In this document: positions 50,067-58,341 of the stretch, one piece after another
How positions within the stretch are numbered: position 1 is the first letter of the stretch
Layout of the letters: each line of letters starts with the position of its first letter
Program-made: the position numbers and the translations under genes
Notes under the pieces: model-generated
Seen by the model: the letters and a program-made list of their open reading frames with translations, nothing else
Told to the model about the DNA's origin: nothing
The model's database searches: none
Assembly: GCA_050250935.1 (NCBI GenBank)
Contig: JBFWNS010000005.1
Span: forward strand, 75,523 to 139,522
Length of the DNA stretch: 64,000 nt
Source of the DNA: Candidatus Margulisiibacteriota bacterium
GTDB lineage: Bacteria; Margulisbacteria; Marinamargulisbacteria; JBFWNS01
Reading direction: 5' to 3'

Positions 50067-52151
50067 ATGGTTGGTTTTAAAGACGTTAAGTCCCTATTTT
50101 CAATCTCTGACGTTCTTCTCGCACTCATTTTGATTGTTGTTGTGAGCTTGATGGTTATCCCCATCCCTGTGTTTTTGCTCGACTTGTTGATGGTGTTGAA
50201 CATTGCGGTTTCGGTGAGTGTGTTGCTCGTTGCCATGTATTTGTCTCAACCCCTCGATTTTGCAGCCTTCCCCTCTCTTCTTCTGGTTACCACCCTGCTG
50301 CGACTGTCCATTAACGTTTCCTCTGCCAAATTGATTTTGGGCTTGGGCCCCGAATTCCATGGCCAAGTGGTTTTGGCCTTTGCCGACTTCGTAACAGAAG
50401 GCAATTTTGTGGTGGGGATTGTGGCGTTTTGTATCATTACCCTGGTTCAGTTTATCGTGGTTGTAAAAGGGTCGGAGCGGGTTGCCGAAGTTGCGGCACG
50501 GTTTACCTTGGATGCCTTGCCCGGTAAACAAATGAGTATCGATGCCGACTTAAACGCAGGCTTAATCGATGCCAACGAAGCCCGAAATCGCCGTAAAAAA
50601 TTGGAAAAAGAATCCACCTTTTTTGGGTCCATGGATGGTGCTAATAAATTCGTTAAAGGGGATGCGGTTGCAGGCATCATCATCGTGATTATCAACATTG
50701 TGGGTGGTTTGGCCATCGGTCGTTTCCAGCAAGGTCTTTCCATGACCGAATCGTTTCAGGTGTTTACCCGGCTGACGGTGGGGGATGGGTTGGTGGCTCA
50801 GGTTCCTGCCCTTTTAATTTCGATTGCAACGGGTTTGGTGGTCACCAAATCGGCTTCCGACGAAAGCTTGGGTAAGGATGTGGCGGCCCAAATTTTGTCC
50901 CAGCCCAAGGCGTTTGCGGTAACATCCATTATCTTGTTGTTGTTTTCCATTGTGCCAGGGCTTCCAGGGATTCCTTTCGCAGTGATGTCTGTGGTCTCGG
51001 GTGGCATGGCGTTTGGCATTATCAAATCCCGCCAAATGGCCGACGAAATGGCCGTGGATTCGGGTCAAGAATCCGCCAAAGATGCCATGAAAAAGCCCGA
51101 AAATCTGCTCAATACCTTGGCCTTGGATCCCATTACCCTTAAAACTGGTCGCAATTTGGTGCCTTTGATCGATCCCAGCCAAAACGGTCCCTTGTTGGAA
51201 CGGATTACCTTGGTACGGTATCACATCGGGCAAGAACTGGGGTTTGTGATCCCCGGGGTTCGGGTTATGGACGATTTAACCTTGCCCCCCAACCAATACG
51301 AGGTGGACATTCGCGGAACCCGCATTGCCATTGGCGAAGCCCTGCCTGGCCATATTTTTGTCCCACGGTCCTCGGGCGAGTTGCGTCGTAAAGGCATTTC
51401 TGGGGTAGAGGTTGTGGATCCCATGACCATGCAGCCTGGCAGCTGGGTCACAGAAGATCAGCTCGAGGTTGTCCAAGATGCCCTCATGAACCCCATGAGT
51501 ATTACCGACTTCATCTCGGCCCACTTTGCCGAGGTGATTAAGCAGCACGCCGACGAAATCATGACCCGTCAAAATGTTCAGTCCTTAATCGAGCTTGTGA
51601 AAAACACCAACGCCGCCATTGTTCGGGAATTGGTTCCCGATATGGTGTCTTTGGGCCAAGTTCACAAGGTTCTTCAAGCACTGGTTAAAGAGCGGGTTTC
51701 CATTCGGGATTTGTCCACGATTTTGGAACGCTTGGCCGACTATGCCCATGTGTCCCGAGACACCAATTTGTTGTCGGAATATGTTCGCCAATCTTTGGCG
51801 CGTCAGGTTTGTACCAGCTATATGGACAAAGAAGATACGGTCACGGTTTTCACCATCGATCCTCGATTGGAAGAGCACATGATCAGTTCTATTCACCAAT
51901 CTGAGTATGGCTCCTTTTTGGCCTTGGATCCCCAATTGGGCGAAAATGTATTGAATCAAGTGGGCGAAAATGTGGCCAATTTCCGTAAAATGGATAAGCC
52001 TCCAGTGTCCTTGTGTTCGCCAAGACTGCGGGTTCATTTTAAGAAATTTACAGAGCGTAACTATCCTCAGCTGGCGGTTTTGTCTTACAACGAAATTGTG
52101 CCCCAGGTTAAAGTTCAGTCGATTGGGATTATTTCCTCGGATGATATCTAG
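50067..52151 (+). CDS. flhA: Major export protein FlhA
   Basis: FPSLLLVTTLLRL, ERVAEVAARFTLDALPGKQMSIDADLNAG, GSMDGANKFVKGDA, ERVSIRDL, VLSYNEI. Confidence 0.96.
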   Translation: MVGFKDVKSLFSISDVLLALILIVVVSLMVIPIPVFLLDLLMVLNIAVSVSVLLVAMYLSQPLDFAAFPSLLLVTTLLRLSINVSSAKLILGLGPEFHGQVVLAFADFVTEGNFVVGIVAFCIITLVQFIVVVKGSERVAEVAARFTLDALPGKQMSIDADLNAGLIDANEARNRRKKLEKESTFFGSMDGANKFVKGDAVAGIIIVIINIVGGLAIGRFQQGLSMTESFQVFTRLTVGDGLVAQVPALLISIATGLVVTKSASDESLGKDVAAQILSQPKAFAVTSIILLLFSIVPGLPGIPFAVMSVVSGGMAFGIIKSRQMADEMAVDSGQESAKDAMKKPENLLNTLALDPITLKTGRNLVPLIDPSQNGPLLERITLVRYHIGQELGFVIPGVRVMDDLTLPPNQYEVDIRGTRIAIGEALPGHIFVPRSSGELRRKGISGVEVVDPMTMQPGSWVTEDQLEVVQDALMNPMSITDFISAHFAEVIKQHADEIMTRQNVQSLIELVKNTNAAIVRELVPDMVSLGQVHKVLQALVKERVSIRDLSTILERLADYAHVSRDTNLLSEYVRQSLARQVCTSYMDKEDTVTVFTIDPRLEEHMISSIHQSEYGSFLALDPQLGENVLNQVGENVANFRKMDKPPVSLCSPRLRVHFKKFTERNYPQLAVLSYNEIVPQVKVQSIGIISSDDI

Positions 52152-52171
52152 CCGATCGGGCAGGGGGCATC

Positions 52172-52429
52172 ATGTCAGACTTTTTTCTTAAGCACATTAC
52201 CCAAAGCGAATACCGTAAAAATCCCGGAGAATTGGCCAGTTCCGAGCTTACCGTGATCGACCATGTCCTCGAGCCTTTGGATGCTTCTGTCGAGGTTAAA
52301 AAGGCCTTAAAAACCAAGGTGCTACAAGAGGTTAATAACCTGTTGGATGCTTTGGTCCCCCCCGATGTGGCCACTTGTATCGATCGCGAGGCACTGTGCC
52401 ATCAAATTTTGACGCGGTTGGCCCTATGA
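52172..52429 (+). CDS. Hypothetical helical protein (85 aa)
   Basis: ORF between flhA and sigma gene, GGGG RBS-like, ATGA overlap with next gene. Confidence 0.55.
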   Translation: MSDFFLKHITQSEYRKNPGELASSELTVIDHVLEPLDASVEVKKALKTKVLQEVNNLLDALVPPDVATCIDREALCHQILTRLAL

Positions 52430-53022
52430 AAACAGCCGATGCCTTGTGGGCCGAAGTTAAGGACCAGGTTTTTAATTATGTAAAAGTCTATGTGTTGCAA
52501 CAAGCTGCCTCAGAATTGTTGATGGCCTATAAACCCCGCATCGACCAAATTGTTCGGCGCTATGCCCGTTTCTTGCCCAGCTTTGTGTCCGATAGCGAAG
52601 GCGATGATTTGCAAACCGTGGCCCAATTGGAGTTTATCGAAGCCTTTAAAGTCTGGGTTCCCGAAAAATCCCCAGATATTTGGCCCCTTGCTCAAATGCG
52701 GATGATCGGGGCCATGAAAGACCACATTCGCTATATTTCAAAATCCGATCCATCACGGTTCTACGATTGGATTACAGATGCGGCCTATGTGTTTACTATG
52801 GTTAACAAACGGGCCGATTTCGAGCAAGAAATCGAGACTGGCGATCAGTTAAGCCAGGCCATGCAAACCCTGACTGATCGGGAACGGTTGGTGGTCGTCA
52901 CCCACACCAAAGACGACAAAACCTTCAAACAAATTGGGGACGAACTGGGTATTTCAGAGTCTCAAATTTCCAGGATCTACAAAAAAGCCCTGGAAAAAAT
53001 GAAAAAACGACTTCAGCCCTAG
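52426..53022 (+). CDS. Shortened FliA/sigma28-like RNA polymerase sigma factor (198 aa)
   Basis: Region 2 RMIGAMKDHIR (cf. RIRGAMLDELR); region 4 LTDRERLVV...TFKQIGDELGISESQISRI; region 3 largely absent. Confidence 0.75.
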   Translation: MKTADALWAEVKDQVFNYVKVYVLQQAASELLMAYKPRIDQIVRRYARFLPSFVSDSEGDDLQTVAQLEFIEAFKVWVPEKSPDIWPLAQMRMIGAMKDHIRYISKSDPSRFYDWITDAAYVFTMVNKRADFEQEIETGDQLSQAMQTLTDRERLVVVTHTKDDKTFKQIGDELGISESQISRIYKKALEKMKKRLQP

Positions 53023-53426
53023 GGCTCGATGTTTTCCAAGGCGTCGTTTTGAAGTGTGCGATAAAAACAGGTGCTTCTGTGCTTTCCTGCTTGTGTTTGG
53101 GTATGGCAAGCGCCTTGGCCTTGGGGTAGAACCAGATACAACAACGCGTTTTGTTCGCAATTGAGGCGAATATCGGCTACAGAAAGGGTGTCGCCAGAGG
53201 TTGCGCCCTTAACCCAAAGCTCGTTTCTGGAGGTACTCCAGAAGGTTGCAAGCCCGGTTTGGCGTGTTTTTTCAAAAGCCAGGGCATTGGTATAGGCCAC
53301 AATCAAAACGTCTTTGGTTAGGGCGTGCTGGACCACCACGGGAATTACCTGTTGGTCGGGGTTGTTGGTGGGAGCAAGCTTGGAAAAGTCCAGGCGCAGG
53401 TCTGCACCTTCTTCGAGGCTGTTCAT
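53019..53426 (-). CDS. hisI: Phosphoribosyl-AMP cyclohydrolase
   Basis: IPVVVQ, WSTSRNELWVKGATSG, NCEQNALL, GACHT...TCFYR; start moved to ATG 53426. Confidence 0.92.
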   Translation of the reverse strand: MNSLEEGADLRLDFSKLAPTNNPDQQVIPVVVQHALTKDVLIVAYTNALAFEKTRQTGLATFWSTSRNELWVKGATSGDTLSVADIRLNCEQNALLYLVLPQGQGACHTQTQAGKHRSTCFYRTLQNDALENIEP

Positions 53427-53430
53427 ACCC

Positions 53431-54351
53431 CTACACTTTGGGAACTTTGAAGGCGATGCCTTTTTCCAGGCTTTCTTCTTGGAAGATGTCTTGAACGGGA
53501 AAATGGGCCTTAAGTTGGTTGACCACCTCGTCGACAATGCTTCTCGGTACGGATGCCCCAGAGCTGATGCCCACGTTTTGCTTGCCAGCAAACCAGGCCA
53601 TATCCAACTCGGCTGCGGTGTCGATGATGTAGCTATGAACCCCTTCTTCTTCGGCTGTTTCTTTCAGGCGGTTGCTATTCGAGCTGTGGGGAGATCCACA
53701 GATGATGATGATGTCGCAGTGCTTCGCCAAGGTTTTGACGGCATCTTGGCGGTTTTGGGTGGCGAAGCAGATGTCTTCTTTGGGCGGTGCTTTGATGTCG
53801 GGGAATTTGGCTTTAAGCTTTGTAATCATTTTGGTGGTTTCGGTAACCGACAACGTGGTTTGGGTTAAATAGCCAATGGGTTGATTGGGATCCATCGATA
53901 ACCCATCAATTTCGTCTTCGGTTTCAATCACATGCAGCAAGGCTGGATTTACATAGCCCGAGGTTCCAATCAGTTCTTGGTGGCCACGGTGACCAATTAA
54001 AATGGTTTGGACCCCTTGTTTGGAAAAGGTGATGGCTTCCCGGTGTACTTTCGTGACCAAAGGACAGGTGGCATCAATGCTGATCAGGTTCCGCTCTTTG
54101 GCTTTTTCATACACATCTGGTGCAATGCCGTGGGCACTAAAAATAATCCGTTGTCCTTCGGGCACTTCAGATAAATCTTCAACAAACACCACACCTTGGC
54201 GTTCGAAATCGGCGATCACGGTGGTGTTGTGGACAATATGGTGGCGAACATAAATGGGAGGTCCATATTTTTCGAGGGCCAATTTCACCACATCAATCGC
54301 ACTGGAAACGCCTGCACAAAACCCTTGGGTATGGGCCAAATAAATATTCAT
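53431..54351 (-). CDS. ispH: 4-hydroxy-3-methylbut-2-enyl diphosphate reductase
   Basis: GFCAGV, IVHN, SAHG, DATCPLVTKVH, QTTLS, ICFATQNRQ, SSNSNRL. Confidence 0.97.
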   Translation of the reverse strand: MNIYLAHTQGFCAGVSSAIDVVKLALEKYGPPIYVRHHIVHNTTVIADFERQGVVFVEDLSEVPEGQRIIFSAHGIAPDVYEKAKERNLISIDATCPLVTKVHREAITFSKQGVQTILIGHRGHQELIGTSGYVNPALLHVIETEDEIDGLSMDPNQPIGYLTQTTLSVTETTKMITKLKAKFPDIKAPPKEDICFATQNRQDAVKTLAKHCDIIIICGSPHSSNSNRLKETAEEEGVHSYIIDTAAELDMAWFAGKQNVGISSGASVPRSIVDEVVNQLKAHFPVQDIFQEESLEKGIAFKVPKV

Positions 54352-54355
54352 GGTG

Positions 54356-54886
54356 TTAACCCCATCCTTTGTTAATCACATAGATTAAAACGCCGGTAAC
54401 CGATACATAAAGCCACAGTGGAAATGTGTAACGGGCCAGTTTTTTGTGAAGGGGGAATCGGCCACTAAGCCCTAAAAAGAAGGTGGTTAAAATCATGGGT
54501 AGGGCCCCAACCGTTAAAACAATGTGGGAAATTAAAACAAAAAAGTAGATGGGTCGAATCAGGCCTGTGCCCAAAAAGTGGGTGTCGCCATGGACGGCGT
54601 GGTAAATCACATAAGACAACAAAAACAGCGAGGAAAATCCAAAGGCGCCCAACATCCATCGGGGGTGGGATTTGGTGTTTCCGGCTTTAATGGCCAAAAT
54701 TCCGAAAACCAAGGCGATGGCGCTACAGGCATTCAGCACACAATTTAACAGGGGTAAATATTGAACACCAGGCAAAGCTAGGGTTGTTGGTGGTTTTAAA
54801 TAAATCAACCAGAGCAGGAATAAAAAGGCAGCAAAACTAATGACAAAAATTATGGCGTAAGCTGTTTTGGGTTGTTTCTCGTTCAT
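54356..54886 (-). CDS. DUF420-family membrane protein (cytochrome oxidase biogenesis-associated)
   Basis: LFLLSYVIYH, YFFVLISHIVL, HKKLARYTFPLWLYVSVTGV. Confidence 0.85.
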   Translation of the reverse strand: MNEKQPKTAYAIIFVISFAAFLFLLWLIYLKPPTTLALPGVQYLPLLNCVLNACSAIALVFGILAIKAGNTKSHPRWMLGAFGFSSLFLLSYVIYHAVHGDTHFLGTGLIRPIYFFVLISHIVLTVGALPMILTTFFLGLSGRFPLHKKLARYTFPLWLYVSVTGVLIYVINKGWG

Positions 54887-54925
54887 GGTTGCTCAGTGTA
54901 TCACACAACCCAGAAATTTGGAGCG

Positions 54926-55468
54926 TTAAAACGGCAGAAATAGCGAGCTGTGTCCCACCGAAATGCCCAGTGACACCGTGGTCGATCCAAAGCTCCCGGT
55001 TGGATAGGTTAAATACCCCACATCCAGGTCTACACAAAGCGTATCCATTAGGGGAATCCAAAGCCCTGTTTCTGCTTTCACAACCAGGCCTCCGCCTGCT
55101 GGGAGCCCACCACCGCCCCCAGAGCCCACGCTGGCCCGATAGTGCCATGCCACAGTGTTCCAGATGGGGGTGTGATAACCCAAGCCTACTGCTGCAATAC
55201 CATAGCCGCCACGGTTGCCGCCGATGGCCCCAAAGATGCTTAAGATAAGGTCGATTTGTGGGGTTAACGAGGTGTCGAATTGATACCCAAAGGTGTTGGT
55301 TAGACCGGGCTCGGTCTCGAAATAGGTTTCAACCAAAAAATGTTCCTGGTGATGCCGGATCTGAAGGTGGTTTAAATCGCTTGGCGAAAGCGGCTCTGCA
55401 GCCAGTGGGGCAACCCCCAAAAGAAGCCCGAGCAGCAGACCCGATCGTTTTAGAAATGAAGTTGCCAT
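54926..55468 (-). CDS. Hypothetical small outer-membrane beta-barrel
   Basis: Signal peptide from MATSF (55468), amphipathic strands, GSGGGGGLPAGGG, terminal Phe. Confidence 0.6.
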   Translation of the reverse strand: MATSFLKRSGLLLGLLLGVAPLAAEPLSPSDLNHLQIRHHQEHFLVETYFETEPGLTNTFGYQFDTSLTPQIDLILSIFGAIGGNRGGYGIAAVGLGYHTPIWNTVAWHYRASVGSGGGGGLPAGGGLVVKAETGLWIPLMDTLCVDLDVGYLTYPTGSFGSTTVSLGISVGHSSLFLPF

Positions 55469-55989
55469 TGTTTTAAACCTGCGCAGACCGAGACCGTCCA
55501 TCCCGAAATTTCACCGTTGATAAACTGAATGTAGCCCACAGCTGCACCCAGAGCAAGGTCGTGGCTTAGATCGGTTTGAAGCTCTAGGGTTGGATTAATG
55601 GCAAATCCCCCGCCTTGTGGGGCAGATCCCCCGCCAGCAGCCCCCAAAAACAGGCGGCTGTCGATTCGCCAGTGGGGTGAAAGGTCGTATTGGGCCCCGA
55701 GGACAAGCCCGCCTTCCAAATAACCGGAGCGTTTGCCAAACAAGGCACCGCTGCCCCATTCGCCCCAATACCAGCTGGGGTTCAAAAACGTTTTTCGCCC
55801 GAAGCCATATAATACGATGGATTCTCCGGGGGTAATGGCATAGGTTTTGGTTTCAAAAAAATAGTCCAGACGGCTTTTTTGGAGTTGGGATAGGTCTGGG
55901 GATTGGGCTTGGGGGGTGCCTGCAAAAAATAAGGCTAAAACACACCCAACAATCGCAGTAAAAACAGGTCTACTGAAACAGAACATCAA
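55450..55989 (-). CDS. Hypothetical small outer-membrane beta-barrel, paralogue of neighbour
   Basis: Signal peptide, GAAGGGSAPQGGG, terminal WQLHF. Confidence 0.6.
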   Translation of the reverse strand: MMFCFSRPVFTAIVGCVLALFFAGTPQAQSPDLSQLQKSRLDYFFETKTYAITPGESIVLYGFGRKTFLNPSWYWGEWGSGALFGKRSGYLEGGLVLGAQYDLSPHWRIDSRLFLGAAGGGSAPQGGGFAINPTLELQTDLSHDLALGAAVGYIQFINGEISGWTVSVCAGLKQWQLHF

Positions 55990-56830
55990 GCAAAATCAGC
56001 AGCAATAATATCGGCAAATAAATCACCGAAAGTCGCAGTACCGATTTTGCAGCGGCATGGCTTCTGTCTTTGGCAAATTTAAGGCCGCCGCTTAAGAACC
56101 AGGTGCCCAATAAAAATGCACCGCCCACATAAAAGGGGCCAACCAGGCCGTAAAAATAGGGGAAGGTCGAAACCAAAATTAACAGCAAGGTGTTAAAAAT
56201 AATTTCTCGGCTTGTTCGCCAGCCTGTGGGATCAAAAACAGACAACATTTTGAAGCCTGCCTTGGCATAATCGTCTTTGTACATCCAAGCGATGGCATAA
56301 AAATGGGGAAGCTGCCACAAAAACAAAATCAAAAACAAGGTCCAGGCGGGATAGCCGACCTGTCCGGTTGCTGCCGACCACCCAGCCAAGGGAGGAATGG
56401 CCCCTGGAAAAGCGCCCACCAAGGTGTTGAGCCAGGTTTTCTTTTTAAGCGGGGTGTAAACCAATACATAAAGCCCGCTGGTTAACAGGGCCAACAGGGC
56501 GGTTAGGTGGTTCACTGTGATGGCTAGAAAAATAACCCCAATGAGGGTTAATCCTAGACCCAAGATCAGGGCGTGGATTTTGGGAATAAGCCCACTGGGT
56601 AGGGGGCGGTTTTTGGTTCTGTCCATCAGGGAATCTTCCTGGATTTCCCAATAGTGGTTCAAAGCCGCCGCCCCACCCGATGCAATGGCGGTGCCGAGCA
56701 TCGCCGCAGCAAAGCGAGTCCAATGGAAAGGCGTTGGCGATGCCAAAATGTAGCCCATGGCCAGGGTTACCAGTTGCATCATCAAAATGCGGGGTTTTGT
56801 AAGTTCTAAATAGGCTTTAAAAAGGGTCAT
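55970..56830 (-). CDS. cyoE: Protoheme IX farnesyltransferase (heme o synthase)
   Basis: YLELTKPRI, DSLMDRTKNRPLPSG, YTPLKK, GAIPPLAGW, WQLPHF, DYAKAG. Confidence 0.96.
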   Translation of the reverse strand: MTLFKAYLELTKPRILMMQLVTLAMGYILASPTPFHWTRFAAAMLGTAIASGGAAALNHYWEIQEDSLMDRTKNRPLPSGLIPKIHALILGLGLTLIGVIFLAITVNHLTALLALLTSGLYVLVYTPLKKKTWLNTLVGAFPGAIPPLAGWSAATGQVGYPAWTLFLILFLWQLPHFYAIAWMYKDDYAKAGFKMLSVFDPTGWRTSREIIFNTLLLILVSTFPYFYGLVGPFYVGGAFLLGTWFLSGGLKFAKDRSHAAAKSVLRLSVIYLPILLLLILLDVLFQ

Positions 56831-56891
56831 ACTAGATGGGGCATTATCAACTGGTTGTAGTAGTTTTTCAAGTTTTAAAGCGGCTTGGGAT

Positions 56892-57437
56892 TTAAAAGAG
56901 GCTGTCGATGGCCTTTTCTCCGTAAACCTCTTTGAAAAATCTGGGAAAGGGCAGGACAGGAAAAACAGCCAATTGGGATTTGATTCTTTCGAAAGAGAAA
57001 TGCTTAAACACTTTTTTAAGGCGTTCTAAAAAAGCCTCGTCTGCGTCGCGAATGGCCATTAATAAATAAGGAAGGACAGGATAGTCGGTGGTTCCCAAAA
57101 CAACACTCAAACACACCACTGTTTCTGGGTTTTGTTCTGTTTTTAATTCTTCGATGAAAAATTCGTGAACTTCGTGATAGGGAATAGTGGACATGGGCCC
57201 AACCATCAGACGTTTTTGAAGAGGGCTGGCCTGCTTAAATAGGGGAATCATTCGCAGCAGCCTGTCTTTGTCTTCTTCTCCCGTCAATAGAATCGATGCC
57301 GTTGCACAAATCTCGGGGTCGTTGGACTGGATACAGGTGCATAAAAAGTCGATTTCCGCGTCCTCAAAAGGACCCTGGCTAGAGACGTAGTCCAAACGGG
57401 TCAAAATGTTTAACAGGTTTTCGCGTTCTGTTTTCAT
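56892..57437 (-). CDS. Hypothetical HEAT/ARM-like helical protein
   Basis: Repeating helix pairs (SNDPEICATASILL, EQNPETVVCLSVVLG). Confidence 0.5.
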   Translation of the reverse strand: MKTERENLLNILTRLDYVSSQGPFEDAEIDFLCTCIQSNDPEICATASILLTGEEDKDRLLRMIPLFKQASPLQKRLMVGPMSTIPYHEVHEFFIEELKTEQNPETVVCLSVVLGTTDYPVLPYLLMAIRDADEAFLERLKKVFKHFSFERIKSQLAVFPVLPFPRFFKEVYGEKAIDSLF

Positions 57438-57544
57438 GTCCTGCTATTTAATCATTCGGGATGCGGTTATGCAAAGCCAAGGGTGATGGTTGTATTGAGA
57501 AAAATCGATACATAATAATCCCCAACTGTGTCGATTACCAGAAC

Positions 57545-57573
57545 ATGAGTGAGCGGTGAAACGACTCACTTAT
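57545..57573 (+). promoter_or_regulatory. 5'-UTR stem-loop upstream of needle-like gene
   Basis: ATGAGTGAG-CG-gtgaaa-CG-a-CTCACTTAT pairs with one G:U and one bulge. Confidence 0.55.
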
Positions 57574-57600
57574 CAAAATTCTCTAAAAGGAGTCACGACA

Positions 57601-57864
57601 ATGGCAGACCTACAACTCGATAAGTCCAGTGAGCGTATCGCAGCTGGTCAAGAAGCTGGGGATACATACCAAGGCACATTGGAAACGATCCGTAACGATC
57701 TAACCAAAACAGACCAAACAGGGACCACATTGGGGACCATGGTGGGTTCAAACCTTGAGATGATTGAAGCCGAATCGACGTACCAAATCGAACAAGGGGT
57801 TCCTAAAAAAGCTTCTTCTACGGTTAAAGACGCAGCTGGCGAAATCAAAAAATCAGCGGGTTAG
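57601..57864 (+). CDS. Small helical protein (87 aa), candidate needle/pilus subunit (SctF-like)
   Basis: Strong AAGGAG RBS, no Cys/Trp/Phe, helix-turn-helix pattern, C-terminal STVKDAAGEIKK reminiscent of SctF C-termini. Confidence 0.5.
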   Translation: MADLQLDKSSERIAAGQEAGDTYQGTLETIRNDLTKTDQTGTTLGTMVGSNLEMIEAESTYQIEQGVPKKASSTVKDAAGEIKKSAG

Positions 57865-57877
57865 TTTTTTTGCCCTC

Positions 57878-57905
57878 TCTCCTGCAGGGTTTTCCCTGCA
57901 GGGGA
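57878..57905 (+). terminator. Strong hairpin after needle-like gene (stabiliser or partial terminator)
   Basis: CCTGCAGGG-tttt-CCCTGCAGG perfect 9-bp stem, no long U-tract downstream. Confidence 0.7.
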
Positions 57906-57981
57906 TTGGGACTTAGGTGTGTTTTTAGTTCAAGCATTAAGACCAGACCTAATTCCCGATCGCAATTTAAGGAGTATTACC

Positions 57982-58308
57982 ATGGCAATGGACGCATCAT
58001 TTCGAGTTTTGGATAGAACCGACATTACAACGGTGAACTCCAAAAAGATTTTAACCATTTATGATTTTGCCTATGGGACCTACTTGGCAACGTCGAATTT
58101 CTTTAAGCAAATCAGTAACATTCAATCGGCTTTGGCCACTGGGCAAAAAGTGACGTTGCAAACCGGTCAAGTTGCGGATCCCCAAACCATGGGGGGCTTG
58201 TTGGCCATTAATATCGCGATAGAAACCTTGGATAGTACCAAGACCTCGATGGAAGGGTTGTCCAAGTTGGGGTTGAAAAACGAAAACGACCTTTGGAAGC
58301 TACAGTAA
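57982..58308 (+). CDS. Small protein (108 aa), candidate inner-rod subunit (SctI-like)
   Basis: TAAGGAG RBS; C-terminus DPQTMGGLLAINIAI...LSKLGLKNENDLWKLQ resembles the SctI DP..LL...K......L.K.Q pattern. Confidence 0.45.
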   Translation: MAMDASFRVLDRTDITTVNSKKILTIYDFAYGTYLATSNFFKQISNIQSALATGQKVTLQTGQVADPQTMGGLLAINIAIETLDSTKTSMEGLSKLGLKNENDLWKLQ

Positions 58309-58341
58309 ACCGATTCTGGGGGGAAAGAAGGAAGGTGTCCG

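Noticed and set aside
42056..53022. Calling this an ordinary complete flagellar operon or a canonical Sct injectisome
   Set aside because: No flagellin, hook, rod, ring, stator, fliF/G/H/I or che genes in the window. The export proteins are flagellar-type with FliO and separate FliM/FliN, so neither label is supported from this window alone.
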